Positions 1-8,568 of a DNA stretch of 64,000 nucleotides are shown one piece after another. How positions within the stretch are numbered: position 1 is the stretch's first letter; every line of letters begins with the position of its first letter. The position numbers were made by a program, and so were the translations under genes. This DNA comes from Gemmatimonadota bacterium. GTDB lineage: Bacteria; Gemmatimonadota; Gemmatimonadetes; Gemmatimonadales; Gemmatimonadaceae. The notes under the pieces are model-generated. The model worked only from the letters and a program-made list of their open reading frames with translations, ran no database searches and was not told the DNA's origin. The stretch spans positions 182,874 to 246,873 of the forward strand of contig DAHUXM010000016.1 of the NCBI GenBank assembly GCA_027307165.1. Direction: 5' to 3'.

Positions 1-383
1 CGGGCGCTGCCGTGACACTCGCGATCGCGAGCGTGCTGAGCAGGCGTGCCGTGCGACGCGATCTCGCCATGACGGGCGAGGTGACGCTGCGCGGCAAGGT
101 GCTCGAGATCGGCGGCGTGAAGGAGAAAGTGCTGGCCGCGTATCGCGCGGGGCTGAGAGAGGTGATGATGCCCGCGTCGAACGAGAAGGATCTGCGCGAA
201 ATTCCGGACGAGGTACGGCAGGCGATGAAATTCACCTTCGCCGCGGACATGGATGACGTTCTGCGGGTTGCGCTGCTACCGCAACCGGAGCCGCCGCTGG
301 TCGATGCCGCTACGCAGCCGGATGCACCGACGCAGCTCGCGGACTTCGCTCCAGCCATGGGGGACGCCGAAGTGCGTGCGTGA
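1..383 (+). CDS. lon: Lon protease, C-terminal fragment (5' end lies outside the window)
   Basis: The ORF is open to the window edge. '[32 protein letters not shown]' parallels the proteolytic-domain C-terminus of the full-length Lon at 46825..49308 ('[29 protein letters not shown]'). Confidence 0.85.
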   Translation, partial: GAAVTLAIASVLSRRAVRRDLAMTGEVTLRGKVLEIGGVKEKVLAAYRAGLREVMMPASNEKDLREIPDEVRQAMKFTFAADMDDVLRVALLPQPEPPLVDAATQPDAPTQLADFAPAMGDAEVRA

Positions 384-418
384 TTGTGCCGGTCATGCGT
401 CCACTCTCACGCGTGCCG

Positions 419-1735
419 CTACAGTGCGCGCGTGAGAGCATACAGCAGCAGACCGACCATTCCGCCCACTATGGTGCCGTTGATTCTCACGAACTGAAGA
501 TCCCGCCCGATCTGGAGCTCGATGCGACGTGACGTTTCCTGCGGATCCCACGCGCTCACTGTTCCGGAGATGAGCTGCGCGATCTCCGTGCGCGACACGT
601 CGACAGCCGCGAGCACAGCCTGATCGATCCAGTTATTCAGTTTCTCCGACAGCACGGCATCTTCCAGCGCATTATGGGCAAGCGATGCAATCGCTCCTTC
701 CAGCTTGCCACCGGAGAACTCCGCGTCTTCCGTAAGCAGCGCGTAATCCCTGAGCTTGCGCTTGACGTCGGACCAGATAGTGCCGATGAATTCGCGCGTC
801 GCTGCATCCGCGAGCAGCTCCTCCTTCAACGCTTCCGCCCGCGCGATGGTTTCGGGCGACGATTGCAGACGCTCGATGAAATTGCGCACTGCGTGGTCGA
901 ACTTGAGCCGCAGTGGATGATCGGGATCGGCACTTACCTCCGCCAACGTCCGGCCAATTCCACTCACCACGCGATCAGAAATGCGGCGGTCCACGATGTT
1001 GGGTATCCACCAGGGCGTCTGCTCCTGGACCTTCTCGCGAATTAGCGTGTCGTTCGCTTCCGTCGCACGTGCAGCGAGGCGAAGCGCTTCATCCAGCAGC
1101 TCCTGATGGCGGCCATCCGCCGTGAGCAACCGCAAGGCGCGACCGAGTAACGGTGCAACCTGAACGCTACGCAGACGGTCGCCGGCGGTACGCTCCAGGA
1201 ACGACTGCACATCCTCGTCGCGCAGGACGTTCGCGGCGGAAGTGAGCGCGTGCGCGGTGGCACGCGTTACGGTGCGCGCGTTCGCAGGCTCCGACAGCCA
1301 CTGCGCCGCGCGGTCGCCCAGCCGGAGGGCGGCGAGCTTGCGCGCGACAACTTCCCTGTCCAGAAAATTCTGCTGCACGAAATTTCCGAGCGCGCGACCG
1401 ATCCGATCCTTGCGTGCCGGTACGATGGCCGTGTGCGGAATTGGAATACCGAGCGGATGCCGAAACAGGGCCGTCACGGCGAACCAGTCCGCCACACCAC
1501 CGACGACGGACGCCTCGGCGGCTGCTCGCACGTAGCCGAGCCAGATCCACCCGTAATGCCGCTCCATTATGAGAGCGATGACAAAAACGACGCCCGAGGC
1601 AAGGAGCAGCAGCAGAGCGAAACGCTTCATGCGGACCAGACGGTCGCGTTTGAGCGCCTCATCGGCGATCGGCGGGGCGGCGATGATCGGTCGGGGCTCC
1701 GGTTTTCGGATCGTTCGCGAGTCGTGCATCGTCAC
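419..1735 (-). CDS. DUF445 (YjiN-like) membrane protein
   Basis: 438-aa ORF with an N-terminal TM helix. 'GGVADWFAVTALFRHPLGIPIPHTAIVPARKDRIG' is the signature stretch of DUF445 proteins. A C-terminal TM helix is also present. Confidence 0.7.
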   Translation of the reverse strand: MTMHDSRTIRKPEPRPIIAAPPIADEALKRDRLVRMKRFALLLLLASGVVFVIALIMERHYGWIWLGYVRAAAEASVVGGVADWFAVTALFRHPLGIPIPHTAIVPARKDRIGRALGNFVQQNFLDREVVARKLAALRLGDRAAQWLSEPANARTVTRATAHALTSAANVLRDEDVQSFLERTAGDRLRSVQVAPLLGRALRLLTADGRHQELLDEALRLAARATEANDTLIREKVQEQTPWWIPNIVDRRISDRVVSGIGRTLAEVSADPDHPLRLKFDHAVRNFIERLQSSPETIARAEALKEELLADAATREFIGTIWSDVKRKLRDYALLTEDAEFSGGKLEGAIASLAHNALEDAVLSEKLNNWIDQAVLAAVDVSRTEIAQLISGTVSAWDPQETSRRIELQIGRDLQFVRINGTIVGGMVGLLLYALTRAL

Positions 1736-1927
1736 CGCTGAATGTTAACGTGGCACCCAGTCGATCCGGGCGACGCCGGACATCACAATTATTGGATCCA
1801 GGATACGATTCCCCCGGAAACAAATGTTCCAAGGCCGTGGGGCGGCCTGTACTTCCTGTCGGCACAACGACAGATTTCCGCGATCGCCGATGGCCGGCTG
1901 CTTGCACTACGCCGCGGGAAATCGACG

Positions 1928-2584
1928 ATGCCTGCGGTACTACAACAGTACCGGCGACTCGCCGCCGCCCTCGATGCCATGTCGGACGTACTGGTTCAAT
2001 TCGACGAACCTCAGCTGAGCGCTGACGGCAGGATGTTCACCGCGGAAGTGCGTGGGAATCGACTCCCCACGGGACTGTGGGAAGCCTGGATCGAGTTTCA
2101 ACCGCGAATTGGCGGCGACCCCGTGCGTACGCCGCGCGAGACAGAACAACTATCTCGAGGCGACCTTCGTTTCTGGGCCGCTGGCATTACGAGAGACCAG
2201 TTGAGAGACGCACTGGCACGGGCACTGGCCCCTCAGGAGGGGCAGCATCTCGATTCAGGCGCGCGGCTTACGGACGCGGACGCGGCCGCCGAGGGCGAGA
2301 CGGTCCTCGAGACGACGCAGGCCGTAAGCGACGAGCCGGTGCTGGACCCGTTTGCCGTTTACAGGCATTCCGGCGAGTACACACTGCGTCAGGAACTCCG
2401 GGGCCTGGACGCTCAACAGCTGGCCGACATCATCGGCAAATATCGGATTGCCGACATCGACGTCATCGATCTCGCGCGGACGTATGAAGATGCACTAGCG
2501 GAGAGAATTGTTGCAGACGTGCAACACAATGTGGACACAAATCGGACAGCTTCGTCCGAGCCGGATAGTCGCGCCGAGAAGTAG
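1928..2584 (+). CDS. hypothetical protein
   Basis: Long ORF 1742..2584. I trimmed it to the internal Met (MPAVLQQYRRL), where the composition becomes protein-like. No recognisable motif; the start is uncertain. Confidence 0.4.
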   Translation: MPAVLQQYRRLAAALDAMSDVLVQFDEPQLSADGRMFTAEVRGNRLPTGLWEAWIEFQPRIGGDPVRTPRETEQLSRGDLRFWAAGITRDQLRDALARALAPQEGQHLDSGARLTDADAAAEGETVLETTQAVSDEPVLDPFAVYRHSGEYTLRQELRGLDAQQLADIIGKYRIADIDVIDLARTYEDALAERIVADVQHNVDTNRTASSEPDSRAEK

Positions 2585-2654
2585 AAGCGTGCTCGAGGGC
2601 ATCTCTGCGCGCGACTACAAACGCACGGTTTTCCACATTTGAGGCGAATGCGAG

Positions 2655-3902
2655 CTACCGAGCCTTCCCCAAACGCACGTCTCGCACGCTGATCGGAGGC
2701 GCGATTCCGGCCGGTGTATCGACCAGCAGCACTACCGGCCGGCCGTCGACCATGCCTGTCGTGACCTCTTCTGCCCGTCCGTGCTTCGCGGGCTCTCGCG
2801 CCGTGGCGGCTTGTTGCATCAGCGCATAGAAGTCCGCGGCGCGCGCCGGCGTCAGCCACACAGTCGCCCACGCGATGGCCGGCCCGCTCGCTGTGTTCCA
2901 GGTGACGTAGCGGTCGCCGTTCCATCCTGACGCACCGCGTGCGGCTTCATCCACGTCGTTCAGATGCTGATAGAGATATAGTCGAGTCTCGAACTCGCCG
3001 AGATCGTTGCTGTAGGTCGGAGCGACCGCTGAAACGGGGGCGAACGCAACTGGAGTCGGCGCCACGCGCTTGTCGAAGAATTCGTTCTGGTGCAGGATCT
3101 GCGACGTCGATACGGGCAAGTCCCGGAACGGTACCTTGCCAGGCTCGCGTGCGCGGAAGTTCCTCACGAATTCCGCGCCGCTCAGATATGGGAACACCAG
3201 CGTTTCCTGAATCACCATCGGCGCGCTCGCGTAGACGGGCATCGCGGCCTGATTGTCGCGAATGGTCTGCCGCACGCGATCCCATCCACCAGGCATCGCG
3301 ACGGCAATGTTGCCCGGTCCGAGCATCGCGTGTATCTGCTCGTACACCGCTTCGCCCTCGAACACAGCCTGTTGCGCGGATTGACGATCGTTGTCGCCCG
3401 TTAGCTTCTGGATCGAATCGAGATTCACGTACTGATCCTGCAACGCGTGCACCAGCTCATGCGTCACGATCAGCTGCGCCGATTCCTTGGGTGACCCCTG
3501 GACGATGTAAAGCACCTTCGTCTCCGGATCGTAGAATCCCACGATCTGCTCTTCCAGCAGGCGGGTCATCAGTTTGGGGAGATCGAGCGTGTCGGGGATC
3601 ATGCCGAGCAGCTTGTAGGCAGCGGACTGTCCCGCGATCGCTCGCAAGGTTGCGGTATCTGCAAGCTGCTTGAGCACGTAGTCGCGCACCTGCTCCTTGC
3701 TGCGCACTTCGATTCTGGGCGGTGTCTTGAACTGGAGGCCGACCGCTTTCTCGACGGCGGGAACAGCCTGCGCGACGATGTCGCCGTAAGGCCCGCCCGC
3801 GCTCTCGGGACGACTGCGACACGACGCACTCGCGATGACGAGAAGTGACACTGCTACCGTCTGCACCACACGCGAGACGCTGTCGGAAATGCGCTGCATC
3901 AT
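2655..3902 (-). CDS. putative secreted/lipoprotein zinc metalloprotease (HExxH)
   Basis: Signal/lipobox-like N-terminus (VSLLVIASASC) and an HExxH motif 'VTHELVHALQDQ'. The start ATG at 3902 forms an ATGA overlap with the stop of the upstream prepilin peptidase gene. Confidence 0.65.
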   Translation of the reverse strand: MMQRISDSVSRVVQTVAVSLLVIASASCRSRPESAGGPYGDIVAQAVPAVEKAVGLQFKTPPRIEVRSKEQVRDYVLKQLADTATLRAIAGQSAAYKLLGMIPDTLDLPKLMTRLLEEQIVGFYDPETKVLYIVQGSPKESAQLIVTHELVHALQDQYVNLDSIQKLTGDNDRQSAQQAVFEGEAVYEQIHAMLGPGNIAVAMPGGWDRVRQTIRDNQAAMPVYASAPMVIQETLVFPYLSGAEFVRNFRAREPGKVPFRDLPVSTSQILHQNEFFDKRVAPTPVAFAPVSAVAPTYSNDLGEFETRLYLYQHLNDVDEAARGASGWNGDRYVTWNTASGPAIAWATVWLTPARAADFYALMQQAATAREPAKHGRAEEVTTGMVDGRPVVLLVDTPAGIAPPISVRDVRLGKAR

Positions 3903-4753
3903 TGACCGATGAAATGAGTGAAGTACCACTGGATCAACGCATTGCCATAGAAGAGCGAGACAATAGCGGCAGGCGCGAGAAATACGCCAAACGGCACCAG
4001 CGGAAGCGTCGCGACTTCCGTGCCGTCGCCGGTGTCGGGGGTATTATCCGAGCGCGGAAGCAAGCGCGTTACCGGAAGCACAACCCCGACAAAGACGACG
4101 ACGCCGATTGCCGCTCCGATAAAGATCGTGAGCAGCGCGCGTTGCGGACCGAGCGCCGCACCGACGACCGCCATCAGAGTGACGTCGCCAAATCCCATCG
4201 CCTCGCGTTTGAGCGCGGCCTCGCCGAGCCAGCCCGCGATCGCGATCGCACCAGCGCCGGCGAGTGCGCCCATCATTGCATCATAGGGTGTTGCAAAGGC
4301 TGATTGCGAGCGCATGAACACGGCCGCGAACGCGGTGACGAGCACCCATATCAGGCCGAAGATCGTGAAGCCGTCAGGGATTACATAGTGCTTCGCATCA
4401 GTGATCGCGATGCCGGTCATGAGTGTCACGAACACGGCGACGCGCAATGCGAGCAGGTTCGGACCGAACAGGAGAACAGCGCCGAGCCAGACGAGTGCGA
4501 CGAGCAGCTCGACCAGCGGGTACTGCGCAGATATCGCCGACTTGCAACCGGCGCAGCGTCCACGGAGCGCGATCCATCCGAAGATGGGCACGTTCTCGTA
4601 GGCGCGAATCGGGCGCTCGCAAGCGGGGCAGCGCGATGGCGGCCTTACTATCGACATTCCGGCTGGCCAGCGCGCAATGCAGACATTGAGAAACGAGCCG
4701 ATGCACGCACCGATCAGAAACGCGAAGACCGCGCCGAGCAGCACGTCACTCAT
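3899..4753 (-). CDS. pilD: prepilin peptidase (A24 family, PilD-like)
   Basis: N-terminal Cys-rich region 'CPACERPIRAYENVPIFGWIALRGRCAGCKSAISAQYPLVELL', multiple TM helices and 'GFGDV'. Has a 4-nt overlap with the upstream trmH-like gene. Confidence 0.85.
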   Translation of the reverse strand: MSDVLLGAVFAFLIGACIGSFLNVCIARWPAGMSIVRPPSRCPACERPIRAYENVPIFGWIALRGRCAGCKSAISAQYPLVELLVALVWLGAVLLFGPNLLALRVAVFVTLMTGIAITDAKHYVIPDGFTIFGLIWVLVTAFAAVFMRSQSAFATPYDAMMGALAGAGAIAIAGWLGEAALKREAMGFGDVTLMAVVGAALGPQRALLTIFIGAAIGVVVFVGVVLPVTRLLPRSDNTPDTGDGTEVATLPLVPFGVFLAPAAIVSLFYGNALIQWYFTHFIGQ

Positions 4754-5514
4754 ACTCTTGTAACGGCATATAGGAGAATCCCTGTGGCGACTGCAACGTT
4801 GAGTGATTCCACGGCGCGAATCGGGATCGCGACCGTGCGACTCGCAGCGTCGGCAAGCTCGCTCGACACTCCGCTTCCTTCGTTTCCAACGACGATTGCA
4901 ACATCACTGTCGCCACCCGGCGCATCGACCGGCTCGCCGGTGACGCTCGTCGTCCAGATCGGGATCGCCCTGTCTCGGAGAAACTCCAATGTACCGCTTA
5001 CCGTCGCGTGAAAAGCGACGTGCGAGAAGAGCGCCCCCATCGCCGCGCGCACGACTTTCGGATTGAAAAGGTCCACGGTTCCCGGCAATGCAATCGTCGC
5101 GGAGACCCCAAAGGCCTGGGCGGTCCGGAGAATCGTCCCGACATTGCCAGGATCCTGGACTCCGTCCAGAACGAGGAGCAAATGCGGCCTCTCGATGCTT
5201 TCGAACGAGCGTTCGGGCTGTTCGGCGATCACGACGACACCCTGTGGTGTATCTGTACCCGACGCAACGGCCAACTCGACGTCAGTCGTTTCGTCGACGT
5301 CGAATCCGTGAGCGGCGGCAGCCGAGCGCAGGGCGGTTTCGAGCGCAGCGCCGCGATCGGTTTCGCGGAGGCCAGGGGCAATGAGTGCCGAGCGGATGCG
5401 CAGCGGAGATGCCAGCAATTCCTCCACGCAACGAACGCCCTCGGCGGTGAACAGGCTCGTGCGCTCTCGCGCGCGCCGGCGTTGCAGATCGCGGGCGACG
5501 GTGAGCGACTTCAC
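4750..5514 (-). CDS. TrmH/SpoU-family RNA 2'-O-methyltransferase
   Basis: SpoU motifs 'LDGVQDPGNVGTILRTAQAFG', 'VVGNEGSGVS' and 'SLNVAVATGILLY'. Confidence 0.85.
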   Translation of the reverse strand: MKSLTVARDLQRRRARERTSLFTAEGVRCVEELLASPLRIRSALIAPGLRETDRGAALETALRSAAAAHGFDVDETTDVELAVASGTDTPQGVVVIAEQPERSFESIERPHLLLVLDGVQDPGNVGTILRTAQAFGVSATIALPGTVDLFNPKVVRAAMGALFSHVAFHATVSGTLEFLRDRAIPIWTTSVTGEPVDAPGGDSDVAIVVGNEGSGVSSELADAASRTVAIPIRAVESLNVAVATGILLYAVTRV

Positions 5515-5596
5515 GAGTGCGGGTTTGGGGGTTGTTGGTGTTTATGCATGGAATAGCTTTTGCCAGTGGCAGCGGAAATCTACAGTGAGATCCTGA

Positions 5597-6391
5597 ATGA
5601 AACGAATAGTGACTTTGATTGCGGCCGTCATGCTGTGCGGGTGTGCCGTCAGTCAACAGCAGGAAGTCCAGATGGGCCAGCAGTATTCCGCGCAGATAGC
5701 GCAGCAACTGCCGCTCATAAATGATCCCGAGATAGTGCGATACATCAACGTGCTGGGCGATTCTATCGCGCACGTGACGAGTCGCCGCGATCTCGACTGG
5801 CATTTCTTTGTCGTCAACAGCTCGGAGGTCAATGCGTTCGCCGTGCCGGGGGGATACGTGTACGTCAACCGTGGCCTGATCGAGCGCGCCAGGACCATGG
5901 ATGAACTGGCGGGTGTCGTGGGCCACGAGATCGGACACGTGGTGAAGCGTCACACGGTGAAGCAGATGCAACAGGAGCAGGGCGCGAACATCGGCATCAC
6001 GCTCGCGTGCGTGCTCACGGGTGTCTGCAACAACCAGGCGACAGGAACGGCGATTAACGTCGGCGCGACTGCGCTGTTCGCGAAATTCAGCCGCGGCGAC
6101 GAGGCCGAGGCGGACGAGGAAGGATTCAGGAACGTGGTCCGGGCGGGAATATCACCGGAAGGACTGGTGACGATGTTCCAGACGTTGATCGATGAACGTC
6201 AGAGGAGCCCGGGCACGGTCGACGCATGGTTCGCGACGCATCCACTCGAAGAAGATCGCATCGCAGACGTCCAGAACTTGATCAATACGCTCACGCCGCA
6301 GCAACTGGCGTCGCTCACCAAGGACTCGAAGAACTTTCACACATTCAAGGACCGCCTGGCGACGCTGCCGCCTGCACCGATCTCCAAGTAG
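5597..6391 (+). CDS. M48-family zinc metalloprotease (lipoprotein)
   Basis: Lipobox 'MLCGCA', the 'HEIGHVVKRH' HExxH motif and a downstream 'EAEADEEG' third-ligand region typical of M48/BepA-like peptidases. Confidence 0.85.
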   Translation: MKRIVTLIAAVMLCGCAVSQQQEVQMGQQYSAQIAQQLPLINDPEIVRYINVLGDSIAHVTSRRDLDWHFFVVNSSEVNAFAVPGGYVYVNRGLIERARTMDELAGVVGHEIGHVVKRHTVKQMQQEQGANIGITLACVLTGVCNNQATGTAINVGATALFAKFSRGDEAEADEEGFRNVVRAGISPEGLVTMFQTLIDERQRSPGTVDAWFATHPLEEDRIADVQNLINTLTPQQLASLTKDSKNFHTFKDRLATLPPAPISK

Positions 6392-6410
6392 CGACGGTCG
6401 TGCACGACAG

Positions 6411-6431
6411 CGCGGGCGCTGTGCGCCCGCG
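6411..6431. terminator. GC hairpin between convergent genes (possible bidirectional terminator)
   Basis: Perfect 9-bp stem cgcgggcgc / gcgcccgcg with a 3-nt loop, between the M48 stop (6391) and the PNP stop (6435). No U-tract. Confidence 0.35.
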
Positions 6432-6434
6432 TGG

Positions 6435-7259
6435 TCAGAGCGTATGCACGAAGGCGCGCAGGAGCGCCTGAAATTGCGCTGCCACGCGCGCGGTCGTCTC
6501 GAGGACTTCGGCGTGAGCCAGCGGAGCCTGCCCGATGCCGGCTGCAGCATTCGTGATGCAGCTCACGCCTGCCACGCGCAGGCCCAACGTACGCGCCATT
6601 GTGACTTCCGGCACAGTGGACATGCCCACCGCGTCGGCGCCGAGCGTGCGAAGCATCCGTACTTCCGCGGGCGTTTCGTACGCGGGGCCTGGCAGCATCG
6701 CATAGACACCGTCGCGCAGTTCGATCCCGAGATGCGATCCCGCCGCATGCAATTGTGCGCGCATCGCCGAATCATACGCATTCGACATGTCGGGGAATCG
6801 GGTCTCACCCGGCTCCGCAGATCCTGTAAGTGGCGACGTGAAGGTAAGGTTGAGATGGTCTTCGATGACCATCAGGTCGCCCGCGGCGAAGCTCTTGTTG
6901 ACGCCGCCAGCGGCGTTCGAGACAAATAGCGTACGTGCGCCGAGCGCGTGAGCGATGCGAACCGGGAAGGCCGTGAGCTGCGGCGGGTGGCCCTCGTAGG
7001 CGTGAAACCGCCCCGCAAACACCGCCACTTTTCTGCCTTCGATGTCGCCTATCACGAGCTTGCCGGCATGTCCTTCCACGCCCACGCCAGGCAGTCCGGG
7101 TATCTCTCCATACGGGATCGTGACGTGATCGCGAACATCGTCGACGAGACCGCCCAGTCCGGAGCCAAGTATTATCGCGATCGATGGCGCAAGGTCTCCA
7201 ATGAGCGGCAGGATGGTCGCTGCCGCCTCGCGCGCTGCCTCGCCGCCGTATGGTCTCAC
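6435..7259 (-). CDS. punA: purine nucleoside phosphorylase
   Basis: 'IAIILGSGLGG', 'GRFHAYEGH', 'SNAAGG', 'GPAYETPAEVRMLRTLGADAVGMSTVPE'. The long ORF (to 7553) is trimmed to GTG 7257..7259, which forms a GTGA overlap with the add stop. Confidence 0.85.
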   Translation of the reverse strand: MRPYGGEAAREAAATILPLIGDLAPSIAIILGSGLGGLVDDVRDHVTIPYGEIPGLPGVGVEGHAGKLVIGDIEGRKVAVFAGRFHAYEGHPPQLTAFPVRIAHALGARTLFVSNAAGGVNKSFAAGDLMVIEDHLNLTFTSPLTGSAEPGETRFPDMSNAYDSAMRAQLHAAGSHLGIELRDGVYAMLPGPAYETPAEVRMLRTLGADAVGMSTVPEVTMARTLGLRVAGVSCITNAAAGIGQAPLAHAEVLETTARVAAQFQALLRAFVHTL

Positions 7260-8329
7260 GATTGATATCCCCAGTCGCGCGCGAGATCCGTCCGCACCGA
7301 CGCAATGAGCTGCGCGCGTTCGGCAAACGGCAGAAACGACGCCTCGCACGCGTTGAGAACACAGCGGCAGAGATCGGCCATCGTCATGCCGAGCTCGTTC
7401 ACCGCTCTGGCGTATTCGTCGCTGAGCGTGACGTCGCTGATCAGACGGCTGTCGGTGTTGATCGTGACTCGCACTCCGGAATCGAGATAGCGCTTGATCG
7501 GATGCTGCCTGTAGCTCGGCACCGCGTGCGTCTGCTCGTTGCTCGTGGGACACATCTCGAGTGTAATGCCCCGATCCCGGATATAGTCCAGCAACGCAGG
7601 GTCTTCGCCTGCGCGTACGCCGTGTCCGAGACGCGACACATTGCAGTCGAACAGCGCGCTCTCGATCGAGGCCGGACCGGCAGCCTCACCCGCGTGGCAC
7701 GTTACACGGAGGAAGTGCCTGCGTGCATAGGCAAATGCAGCAGCATGGTCGGCCGCGGAGAACTCCGCTTCAGCACCGGCGAGATCGAAACCAACGACGC
7801 CGGATCTCATGTGCCGCACCGCCGCCTGCGCAGCTTCGAGCGAACGAGCGGGATCCCAGTGACGCAGCGAACAGGTGATGAAACGCGCGACGGTTCCGAA
7901 ATCGCGCTCACCGCGTCGCAGGCCGCGCAGAGTCGCTTCGATTACTTCATCGACCGTGAGACCGGCGCCAACGTTCAGATGCGGTGCGTTCCGGATCTCG
8001 ATGTAGCGCAGACCATCCCTGCTTGCATCTTCCACCAGCTCGTATGCAACGCGCTCCAGTGCCGGTGCAGTCTGGAGAATCGAGATAGTGGTATCGAAGC
8101 GATGAAGGTAGTCGCCCAGATCGGTGACGTTGTCCGCGCACATGTATCTTCGCAACGCTTCAGCGTCATCTCTGGGAAGTGTGATGCCGTGATCACGCGC
8201 GAGATCCAGCATCGTCTCGGGCCGAAGCGAGCCGTCGAGGTGGCAGTGGAGCTCGGCTTTTGGCATGCGACGCAGGTCGTCTGCTGTGACGGTGTCCACG
8301 AAATGCTGCTTGCTGTTTGCCCTCGTCAC
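7256..8329 (-). CDS. add: adenosine deaminase
   Basis: 'PKAELHCHLDGSLRPETMLDLA', 'TCHAGE' and 'INTDSRL' metal-ligand motifs of the adenosine deaminase family. Confidence 0.9.
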   Translation of the reverse strand: MTRANSKQHFVDTVTADDLRRMPKAELHCHLDGSLRPETMLDLARDHGITLPRDDAEALRRYMCADNVTDLGDYLHRFDTTISILQTAPALERVAYELVEDASRDGLRYIEIRNAPHLNVGAGLTVDEVIEATLRGLRRGERDFGTVARFITCSLRHWDPARSLEAAQAAVRHMRSGVVGFDLAGAEAEFSAADHAAAFAYARRHFLRVTCHAGEAAGPASIESALFDCNVSRLGHGVRAGEDPALLDYIRDRGITLEMCPTSNEQTHAVPSYRQHPIKRYLDSGVRVTINTDSRLISDVTLSDEYARAVNELGMTMADLCRCVLNACEASFLPFAERAQLIASVRTDLARDWGYQS

Positions 8330-8568
8330 TCTGGAGAGACCTCATCCGGGACACCGGACTGCCGAGCGCTTACGACCCGAAAGATTGCACCGGCGTATGC
8401 GGGCAGTCCCGGATCGGCTGGAAGGCCGCGGCTATCGGCAAGATTGCGTGTATTGCCGAGCAATCGTGCCACCTCCGGGTTCCATGCCGTAATGGCGTCG
8501 AGCGTGGTCTGGCCCGGGGTGGCGGAGACAGGTGTGCCGTCCACGAAGATAAGGAAGGGAGAAGTCAA
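8326..8568 (-). CDS. hypothetical 80-aa protein inside the purine operon
   Basis: Both ends are ATGA start/stop overlaps with flanking, confidently called genes, which argues that it is translated. No recognisable motif and no cysteines. Confidence 0.6.
   Translation of the reverse strand: MTSPFLIFVDGTPVSATPGQTTLDAITAWNPEVARLLGNTRNLADSRGLPADPGLPAYAGAIFRVVSARQSGVPDEVSPE

Noticed and set aside
6435-7553. N-terminal extensions of long ORFs (6435..7553, 35655..37019, 31439..32479, 29026..30081, 46663..49308, 57895..58845).
   Set aside because: The extensions overlap neighbouring real genes or repeat DNA and are Arg/Pro/Gly-rich. Internal starts give canonical protein N-termini and 4-nt overlap junctions, so the shorter models were used.
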